Origin: Octopus bimaculoides
Lineage: Eukaryota
Length of the DNA stretch: 64,000 nt
Direction: 5' to 3'
NCBI RefSeq assembly: GCF_001194135.2
Contig: NC_068992.1
Span: 8,498,751-8,562,750, forward strand
The notes under the pieces were generated by a model. That model was given only the letters and a program-made list of their open reading frames with translations. It searched no databases and was not told the origin of the DNA. Both the position numbers and the translations under genes were made by a program. Of this stretch, positions 56,001 through 64,000 are shown one piece after another (position 1 is the first letter of the stretch; every line of letters starts with the position of its first letter).

Positions 56001-59000
56001 AATATCCTGGTCAAGGAAGATAAACAGATTTTAGTATAAGACAAAAATAATCTGCTAGATATCATTGATAATTTCCAACAAACATTATCTCTTTTAATAC
56101 CAATTTGCCTGAGACCCTCTGTGCTAAAGGATTCTTATTCAAATTAAAAGCATTGGTGATAGTATCACGTAAAAAGCATTGGAGCTGATGTCACATGAAA
56201 AGCACCCAGTACGCTCTGTAAAGTGGTTGGCATTAGGAGAGGCAGCCAACTGTAGAAACCATGCCAAGACAATGGAACCTATTGCAGTCCCTAACCATGT
56301 CCAACCCATGCCAGATGGGAAAATGGATATTAAACGATGATGATGATGATGATGATGATGATATATATATTAAGTTGTAGATATTCTCCTCAGCTCCTCT
56401 ATAATCTTTATTATGCTGTATTTGTTTAAAATGTTCTAATTATATACAGAAACAAATGGCAGCTTCATACTGTCTGTGTTTTAAAACTAAGAAAAAAGAA
56501 TTCCAAGAAAGAGTGGAAATTTTAGGATTTATGAGGGGAGTTTAAAAATTAAAAAAAATTTTTATGCACAATTATATAAATTCCCATGTGTAGAACACAT
56601 ATTCATAAAAAATTTTTTGAAAATTCCAAAAAGTAAAAAAGTTATGAGGAGTTGTATAGGGTGCTTAACCCTTTAGCATTTAGATAAGTCTGTCAAATGT
56701 AATGCTTATGTATTCACATTGTCTTGAATTAATCAGGCATTATCTTGTAGCTCTCAGATTTCGATGATATGAATGTTTATTTTTAGAATAACATTGTAGG
56801 GCCTGATTTGGTCTGTTGAAGATAAAACAGGTAAATTATTTGTGTCAGATATGGCCAGTTTGAATACTGAAGAGTTAAACCAGAATTCTGTCAGACAAAG
56901 CAATTTTGTAGTTCATGTATTTGTTTAAAACGTCCATAACAAAGGAGCCATCTTTCCTCGATACATTAACTGATACTTGACTTATCAATCAAACTTACAG
57001 TGATTATACAAAATAAGGGAGAGTTTAACAAAATGATTGCGTAATTAGTTAGACTTTTGGCTGCTTTATGGTTGGAGGATAACCATGGATAAACAAGATG
57101 ATCCAATGGATACAAGCACCAATGATGGAGGATTAATCAAATGTTTTAGACACGTTCTAAGGATTAACAGAGTGAAGGATATTGGTAAAAGTTATTACTT
57201 AAGAAAAATTATAATTACAGTCGGCTTCTTTGTTTTATTAATTTTTAAATAAATTTAGTATACATTTACAACAAAAACTTGAGCAGTAAAAAGCAAAAAA
57301 AAAAGGGAATTATTATGCTTGTACTTATTTTTTGAAAGACACATGATGTTTTACTTTATAAAGTAAATAAAGAAAGAAATGTACAGTTTTATATAGATCA
57401 AGAACTATGTAGCTATGATTTGGATAATTACATTTATGACAATTCCTTGACAAAATATTAGAGAAAAAACCCCTCAAGATTGTTGAAATGAATTTTAAAA
57501 AGAAATATAAAATGAAGAAGATATATTACTTACACTATTGGCATAGTAATATTTAGCAAGTTTCTTCTGGTGATCAAATGGCTAGAAATAACAATAGAAG
57601 AGATTATTATAGTAATAATTAAAACATTTTGTTTTTTTAAATAAATTCTGGTATTTAGTTTCAAGTTTATTAAAAAAGAATACTTGTAAAAGATGATGAA
57701 AGGATAATTAGTTTAGATTTGTTGCATTCCATAAAGAAAACAGAAAAAGACAGATGATGTGTGTGTGTATACACACACACATGATGGGCTTCCACACAGT
57801 TTCCATTTACCAAATTCACTCAATGACACTGGTCAGCCTGAGGTTATAGCAAAAGACAGTTGCCCAGTGAACTGAACCTGAAACACTCAGAAATGTTCAA
57901 ACTGGAGCTTCCGGCACAAACGCCAAGCAGTACAGCATCTCATTTCCAAATTTCTGGCAGAGTAAAATATTGTGTCATGATGCTGTTTTTCTCACAGACA
58001 GCGCCCAACTGATCCTACTCTACTGTGTAGTCAACAAAATCAAAAACAAACAATTCACATGCGCGAAATTAAAAATATAAGATAGCGACAATTTACCCAT
58101 CGCACCCTGTTTTGCTTTGTAATTTGCTTTGTAATCTTAAATTTTGATTATTTAATCTTAGATCAGCCCTGATCAAGTAGGCATATGACAAAAGACATTG
58201 CCGCTGTGATCTCAGAGTCTCTTTGTCTTTTTGTCTCTTTTCATACACATATCCTTGATTAGATTATTTAATGCACCCTCCACGTTTTTTCTAAGATTCT
58301 TAAGTTTGATATAGCATTTCTGCCTTTTAATAACAATTGTTGAAGAAAAGTAAAAGCACTAAACTTACTGCAACTTGATAATGAACGTCTTTCGTTCGAA
58401 TCTCTTCATCTCCAACAACAAGTGGTATGTCAACTTGTTGGTTTTTGTGCTTCTCAAGTGCTGCCTCTAATCTGATCCGTTCATCACTTCCAGGCAGATA
58501 AGACAGAATTGGTTCATTCACAGCTTTAAAACCTTGTAGAGACATGGCTCGTGAGTTAGCGCAATGCTTCACACAAAGCTTGCACAATCTCCTAGAAAAA
58601 TGAAACAAAAAAAGGGTTTTACATGGACATTGCATGGGATATTTTGAAGGGGAAGGAGAGGCCAATTTACTATCATTAACTTACAACTGTTTTTCCATGC
58701 TGGTATGGATCGGATGGGTCAGCTGAAGCACCGCAGCCTCTAGCAACTTGTTTTAGTTTTGTGAGGTCTACGCAATCAGAACTCACATGGGACTAAATAA
58801 CATTACTCAAACCTTACTCGAGAACCCGTAGCAGACATAAACTTAAACTCACACTACACTGACACAGCCTTCACTCATCTAGTTCTCTCTCCAACATTGG
58901 TTAACCCTTTCATTACCAACCTGGCTGAAACCGGCTCTGGCTCTGTAGTACAAATGTCTTGTTTTCATAAGTTCTGAATTAAAATCTTCCACCAAACCTT

Positions 59001-60054
59001 AGTCACAATTTATGTTCCTAACACTAGCTTAATGATAACTAAGTTATTTTACTAAATTCTTTGTTATATTTGAAATTACTTAAAAGAAACACAGAGCATC
59101 TCAAAATAAATACAGTAACGAAAGGGTTAACAGACAAGCTGTATCCTCTTCCTCCATCCACCTCTCTTTCTCCTACCATCTCTACTACTACTACTACTAC
59201 TACTACTACATTACTCCCTGATCTTTCTATGTTGCCAATTATAAAGTACTCTTCACAACGCAATTCCTAAATGTTTAGAAATGCATACCACCTCTGACTC
59301 CACTAACTCTTGTCTATCTCAAGCATATACACAAGGGATCACTTGTAACCCCATACATGCTACCGTTACCCCATCTATACTGCCTCCCTTTCCAGACCAC
59401 CTGATATTGGCATCCATCAGTTACTCTTATCATCCCTCATTTTCTCACCCACCCCCCTTCTACCACTCTTTCATCCCAATCACAGTTGCTTCCATCAAAT
59501 TCATGTTCCTGTCTCCCATCCATCCTGGTTCTTCTGTCATCATTGCTCTTTTCTGCTCACCTCCTGAGCCATGTAGCCCTGAGTAAACACTATACAGAGT
59601 GGTGACTCTCTAACCTTAGGGTATATTAGGTAACCCCACAAGTGCTGTTTACCCCTATAAATCCACCTAAGACACTGTAAAGTGGTTGATAAATGAGCAG
59701 AGATGTGTTTGTAAGTGAGGAGAGGTCACTTTGAATCTTGTCAAGGACATAGCAACCTCTTTAGTGCTGGCGCAATGACAAAATACAACCGTAAAACGTG
59801 GGGACAAAAGGACCTTTTAGTCTTATTGGAAGACATGATACCTTTCAAGTGCTGGTGTCACAATAAATTGCATCCTGTACCCTCTGTAAAATGGTTGCAG
59901 TTAAGCAGACGTTCTAAGATAGAAACGAAGGCAAAAATAAAACTTACAAGCAAGATGTGGTCCTCCAATCTGTCCGTAACATTGAAGGAGAAAAGGACTG
60001 GCACCAAGACAACTCATCAAACCTTTGGCACTATGGAAAGTGGGCACAGAAATG

Positions 60055-60089
<35 letters not shown>

Positions 60090-60826
60090 TGTAACTGAAA
60101 CTCGCAAAAAATCAAATCATATAGATTCTGTGTTTCGTCTTATTCACATGCTTTAATTTAATATATGTTATTATTCACACATGTAACTGATTTTGCTGGT
60201 ATTAATAATCATGAATGTAAAAAGTTTATCTAGACGAAATTTGATAGCAGTCAATAGGGAAGGTGGTTGGTATACATGCTTTGTATTAATGGGACAAAAT
60301 AGATAAAGCATGTGTTGGTTGTTTTATATCAGTAGGAATTACAATTCTGGATAACAACAACAAGAACAGCATTCTAAAATAATTTTTAAAGACCCACGTA
60401 AAACAAAAAATATGTTGTGGGTAAAATTTAGCCAAAAGTGTTAATGCTACGTACATGTATGTACACACATCTACCTGTATATATAGATGCATATCTGGGT
60501 ACAGGACATAGCAAACAACATGTAGACAAAATGATAAACAGAGTACAGAAAACACACAGGCCACATAGAGAACATTTCCTTCATCAGCTGCCACCATTCT
60601 AACACTGGCGTTTCAAAGAGTTAGGGCGTAAGATGTAACAAGTTAGCTTCCAGCAGGTTTGAAAACAAAAGATTAACAAAAGTTTATAATGTTCATAGTC
60701 TCTATCTGCAATATTTCTTTTTCTTGCAGAGAGGCCAAGCTAAATGAACTTAAATGTAGTTAAAATAAATATCCATAGCAAACTAAAGCTAAGATGCCAT
60801 GCTTACATTTTATTGAGGCCTATCAT
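42172..60826 (-). CDS. ALDH4A1: Delta-1-pyrroline-5-carboxylate dehydrogenase, mitochondrial, 15 coding exons, 561 aa
   Basis: complement(join(42172..42284,42742..42860,44457..44578,46640..46706,47439..47524,48058..48299,49696..49769,50200..50387,51679..51753,53580..53651,54737..54817,55851..56006,57534..57581,58369..58591,60807..60826)) = 1686 nt, phases consistent. Motifs PFNFTAI, WKP, FTGS, ECGGKN (catalytic Glu), GQKCSA (catalytic Cys), EEIFGP, QQPFGG. The first coding exon is inferred. Confidence 0.94.
42742..42860 (-). CDS. ALDH4A1: ALDH4A1 exon 14 (EALDTL...[22 protein letters not shown])
   Basis: Acceptor CTACAG, donor GTAAGT. Confidence 0.95.
43040..43370 (-). mobile_element. tRNA-derived SINE sharing its 3' tail with the 15473 element
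   Basis: Reverse complement contains cctgtatttcaaagggtcagccttgtcac...gaactacgttaagg...ttaatttcacaag. Confidence 0.8.
44015..44330 (+). mobile_element. R4/Dong-like non-LTR reverse transcriptase fragment next to an (AAT)n tract
   Basis: DYQKA[fs][10 protein letters not shown]...[30 protein letters not shown]...INHLLYMD. Confidence 0.8.
44457..44578 (-). CDS. ALDH4A1: ALDH4A1 exon 13 (EIFGPVLS...[11 protein letters not shown])
   Basis: Acceptor TTACAG, donor GTATGT. Confidence 0.95.
46640..46706 (-). CDS. ALDH4A1: ALDH4A1 exon 12 ([22 protein letters not shown])
   Basis: Acceptor CTTAAAG, donor GTAAGT. Confidence 0.94.
47439..47524 (-). CDS. ALDH4A1: ALDH4A1 exon 11 (AFERIKGY...AGGKYDD)
   Basis: Acceptor TTGCAG, donor GTGAGT. 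Confidence 0.94.
48058..48299 (-). CDS. ALDH4A1: ALDH4A1 exon 10 (ECGGKNFHF...GQKCSACSR...AVIDDK)
   Basis: Acceptor TTCAG, donor GTAAAT; catalytic Glu and Cys. Confidence 0.96.
48479..48680. mobile_element. Mariner-derived MITE (internal deletion derivative)
   Basis: Degenerate TIRs TACACGAGGGTGTGCGTAAAGGTTCCTGG / CAGGTATTTTTCAGCACCCCCTAGT; internal [15 protein letters not shown] resembles a mariner C-terminus. A similar fragment lies at about 11800-11990. Confidence 0.75.
49696..49769 (-). CDS. ALDH4A1: ALDH4A1 exon 9 (TFKHLWKQV...YPRLIG)
   Basis: Acceptor TTCCAG, donor GTTAGT. Confidence 0.95.
50200..50387 (-). CDS. ALDH4A1: ALDH4A1 exon 8 ([13 protein letters not shown]...INFTGSV)
   Basis: Acceptor TTTCAG, donor GTAAGT. 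Confidence 0.95.
50526..51290 (+). mobile_element. Penelope-like element remnant (RT-linker plus GIY-YIG), antisense in ALDH4A1 intron 7
   Basis: [15 protein letters not shown]...[13 protein letters not shown]; VVYKCIV...IYIGST...[11 protein letters not shown]...[12 protein letters not shown]; stops and frameshifts. Confidence 0.85.
51361..51638. repeat. 100-bp direct repeat (51361-51460 and 51539-51638)
   Basis: Near-identical copies separated by 78 bp. Confidence 0.9.
51679..51753 (-). CDS. ALDH4A1: ALDH4A1 exon 7 ([25 protein letters not shown])
   Basis: Acceptor TTTCAG, donor GTAAGA. Confidence 0.95.
53580..53651 (-). CDS. ALDH4A1: ALDH4A1 exon 6 ([10 protein letters not shown]...YRGTE)
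   Basis: Acceptor TCTAG, donor GTATGT. Confidence 0.93.
54737..54817 (-). CDS. ALDH4A1: ALDH4A1 exon 5 ([27 protein letters not shown])
   Basis: Acceptor ATCAG, donor GTAAGT. Confidence 0.95.
55443..55790 (-). mobile_element. Penelope-type GIY-YIG endonuclease fragment with an open reading frame, sense to ALDH4A1 (intron 4)
   Basis: [42 protein letters not shown]...[21 protein letters not shown]. Confidence 0.9.
55851..56006 (-). CDS. ALDH4A1: ALDH4A1 exon 4 (DIIKKAID...FLKAADL...TMLGQ)
   Basis: Acceptor ACCAG, weak donor GTACTT. Confidence 0.93.
56665..56878. mobile_element. piggyBac-type MITE
   Basis: TTAA|CCCTTTAGCATT ... AATACTGAAGAG|TTAA. Confidence 0.75.
57534..57581 (-). CDS. ALDH4A1: ALDH4A1 exon 3 ([16 protein letters not shown])
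   Basis: 48-nt exon, acceptor TTCTAG, donor GTAAGT. Confidence 0.92.
58369..58591 (-). CDS. ALDH4A1: ALDH4A1 exon 2 (RLCKLCVKH...NEPILSY...HYQVA)
   Basis: Acceptor TTCTAG, donor GTAAGT. Confidence 0.92.
58901..59130. mobile_element. piggyBac-type MITE
   Basis: TTAA|CCCTTTCATTAC ... GTAACGAAAGGG|TTAA; related copies at about 47834 and 60950. Confidence 0.82.
60807..60826 (-). CDS. ALDH4A1: ALDH4A1 first coding micro-exon (MIGLNK plus AT of a split ATG); whole exon 60807-60844
   Basis: Acceptor CTAACTTTTTTGTAG ending at 60845, donor AT|GTAAGC at 60806. Phase 2 is exactly what the 58591 acceptor needs. Confidence 0.65.
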
Positions 60827-63800
60827 AAATATATTTACAAATTACTACAAAAAAGTTAGTGAAGTTTCAGTGGATTGAATCTCACAACAGTGATGACAAG
60901 AGTTTGCAACAAATGGTAAAATGCTGTGCTGGATAAGACCTGTGCCATTTAATCCCTTTGATACTAAACTGCCCGAAACTGCCCATGGTTCTTTGATACA
61001 AATTGGCCATTTTTAAAGTAATTTATAACCTTCCATCAAAACTGCTTGTAAATATATGTTCTGAACACCAGTTTAATAATAGCAAAAGTTATTTTATTAA
61101 ATTCTTCATTACTTTCAAAATCAATTGAAACAAAAATCGGTGTATTACAACAGAAATCTGGTAATAAAGTGTTATACAAGCATGGAAAAACAAACAAAAT
61201 ATGTCAGTGGCAATGATGATGATGATAAGGATGATGATGATGATAAGGATGATGATGATGATAAGGATGATGATGTAAATGACAAGAGTTGGACATGCAG
61301 ATTGCTACTTGTGACCCATAAATCCTTTGTTTTAATTCACATTTGTAGACATCACTTACATAAATGACCTAGGCATTTACATGAGTAATGATGCATCCTT
61401 TCATGTGCATGTTGCTAAATAGGCAATGACATACATAATGAATAAATATAAATACTATGTAATCAACAAAAACATATTTTATGCAAAATCTAAACTTCAT
61501 TGCGAAGGCCGCTGGTTCCTTCCTCCAACCCAATGTTCTAGATATGATTTCTAACACGGGTACAGACCAAGGACTAGAGGAGAGAAATACCGCATTAGTT
61601 TTCTATTTTCCATTAACATCTATGATAGTCAATTGAGTAATACAATTTTTGACTATAGTACTATTGCAACATCTTGTCGATCTCAAGGAAAAGTGAATAA
61701 CAACGCTGACCTCAGTGGGATTTGAACTCAAAAAGTTAAGGATTGCAAATAAATTCTGCATTGCATTTTGACAGACGTTCTAACAATTTTAAAAGTCCAG
61801 CCCCAATAAAATCGACTGTATCGACCGCCAAAGAATATACGGAACATTGTGCACTGATTTTATCGATAAATAAACNNNNNNNNNNNGGTTATATTTAGGG
61901 TTAGCGGTGGGGTAAAACTAAAATTAAAATAAATCGGGCAGTTCCTTTGCAATGTGTATTCTTCGTTGGTTTACCACTTCATATCATTATGCGGACACTA
62001 AACAGGGATTTCAAATAATAGATGTGGTATGTTGCACGCAACTTTTGTTCGTTAACAAACGCATAGTCGTATCATATTAAGTGTTTGAAAGACCAGATAG
62101 GAAAAGATTTAGTTATAGGCAACATAAGCTATTCATTGACAACGCAATACAATAAAAGAGAGTGAGTGAATATTCCACAGCTGTTGGTCAGGGTTATGGA
62201 TTAAATAAAAAAACTGCATGGAAGTGGAATTAAGGCGCGGGATAACCGTGTTTGCGCAGCACCGCCCACACATTAATATATAAGATGCAACAAGAGGTTT
62301 ACTGCTACTGCCTTCCATCTCGATACTATGGGGGAAGAACTGACGAAGGACATATACTGGTTCGAACAAGGATAAAATGCATCAGCATTCCACTACGAAA
62401 CAGTGTAGAAACCAGTATAATACATACATGTCATACGCACGCACACACGTGTGTGTGTGTGTGTATAAGATCATGTTGAGAGAGCCTTTGGCACTTTTTG
62501 TCATGGACATGTCGATGTTTAAATAGTAGTAATAATATGATAAAGGGCTTTCCAGCTGTGACCATACTGTCTTTTTCCAGGATACGGTGATATTGAGCCC
62601 ACAATACTCAACGTATCCTTTTCTGGGGCAGTAACTGGGGGAGATTTGGTAGCTACTTCTTGAAGGGCGAGCAACCAAAAAGGCTCGCTGTGGTTGTTAA
62701 TGCTCAGTCCCACATTAGCCTGGATTTAGACCTATTTTCAAGGGCCTTCGTTTTGTGTTCAGAATGAGGATATCTAGAACTGTATTATTCAATGTCCTTA
62801 CATATTTTAAGACGACGCGACTGGCGAGGGACTTGGACTGCTATATCTAGCGGGTTGGACGACAACATAAGAGATCCCCACGTTGCATCACAATGGTGGT
62901 GATTATTTAAAGTAATGATTTATAAAAAGTATAAAAATAAAACCGAGAACAGAAACATGAGCGAAAAAAGAAGAAAATATCAATTCAACACTAAATACTT
63001 CAATGGATCGCACACCACAAGGTTTAATGAAATCTACTGAAGCAAACCAACACGCTGACGGCATTATCAGCTGCAAGATAAACGAAGTCCTCCCTACTTA
63101 CATACACGTGGCTATATATGTATATTTCAACAATATGAAAATTAAAACAAAACAGAAATGAAACAAAGATAGCAACAGTTTTATGCTGAGTGGACTATCT
63201 TATAACAATGCAAAACAAAACTATGAAATTGTTATCATCTGCTTTAGTGAAGATTTCTTTCAGGGGCAAAAGGTAAGAAAGATTTAAAGAATTGCACTGG
63301 ACCCAGTCAGAGAATTGCAAATCACAACCTCAGGGGCAAAACTAGACACTGTCATCCTCTAACTCTACCAAACAATAATTTTTTTGTACAAAAACAAAGA
63401 GTATTGGATTTTTTTCGAGATTAAGGAATATGTGGTGGTCATACATTTCCCATGGAACAGAGCCGTCTTAGTGGCATTAAAGACCCTTAGGAAAACCAAT
63501 GCTCTGTGTCCAATAGTATTTATTTATTATCAATAAACAGTTCAAAATTGGGTCTCATAGGCTAGTGAGCAACTGCCCAGTGTGTCCATGCCTTAAGTTG
63601 GCACTGCTATGGAATAGCTAATAGAATTTGTCGAAATAGCCAGTAGGGATGTTTGAAACTAGACTGGAGTCTCGTTTGTCGAGGAAGTCAAACATCTGAT
63701 ACGTTTCGGGTGCGAAAAATCATTTCAATATCGCCGTCGTAGAATCGGTATTTCGCCAAGTCATCTCCAGTGTTCAACCCATCAAGGATAATAAAATAAG

Positions 63801-64000
63801 TACCAGTAATATATTGAGGTCGAGTGTACAGAGTAGTTTTATCCCCTCCCATATTTTCTTGGCCTATGTAAAACTCATTTACAGAATCTGTAGAACGTCA
63901 GACAAAATAAATGAAAAGTTCTAGATGGGTTGGTTCCTTTACGCCCTGAGTTTAAATCCCACTAAGATCGATTTTGTTTTCATCAATTTATATCGATAAA

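Noticed and set aside
61211-61290. Repeated DDDDK (FLAG/enterokinase-like) peptide in ORF 61125-61367
   Set aside because: An 18-bp variant of a (GAT)n microsatellite; no splice or homology support, and no sign of vector sequence.
61495-61503. Alternative ALDH4A1 first exon ATG AA|GTTTAG giving MKRLCK
   Set aside because: The donor GTTTAG is weak; the 60807-60844 exon has far better splice signals.
62575-62622. TTCCAG-32 nt-GTATCCTTTT, resembling a micro-exon with a U12 donor on the plus strand
   Set aside because: No partner exons or recognisable protein; antisense to the probable ALDH4A1 5' intron; likely chance.

Overview
Eukaryotic, AT-rich, microsatellite- and SINE-dense genomic DNA with six N-gaps. 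The repeat families look like those of coleoid cephalopods (Octopus-like); this is an inference from recognition, not a database result. Three spliced genes were rebuilt by hand with consistent splice phases. (1) D2HGDH, minus strand, 7 coding exons, 6836-15271, 518 aa. (2) ZnT5/SLC30A5, plus strand, 16 coding exons, 19454-36279, 778 aa, divergent from D2HGDH. (3) ALDH4A1/P5C dehydrogenase, minus strand, 15 coding exons, 42172-60826, 561 aa, convergent with ZnT5. The rest is introns and intergenic DNA with mariner, hAT, piggyBac-type MITE, Helitron, RTE, R4-like, CRE-like, Penelope and tRNA-SINE remnants. Best leads: a Penelope GIY-YIG endonuclease in frame with ALDH4A1 exon 4 (possible mitochondrially targeted fusion isoform); a U12-type intron in ZnT5; an ATG split by an intron in ALDH4A1; inverted repeat pairs bracketing ZnT5 exon blocks (circRNA/ADAR candidates); a CRE-like retroelement relic in the divergent promoter; and a minimal hammerhead-like motif. 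Most six-frame ORFs are microsatellite, SINE or gap artefacts.
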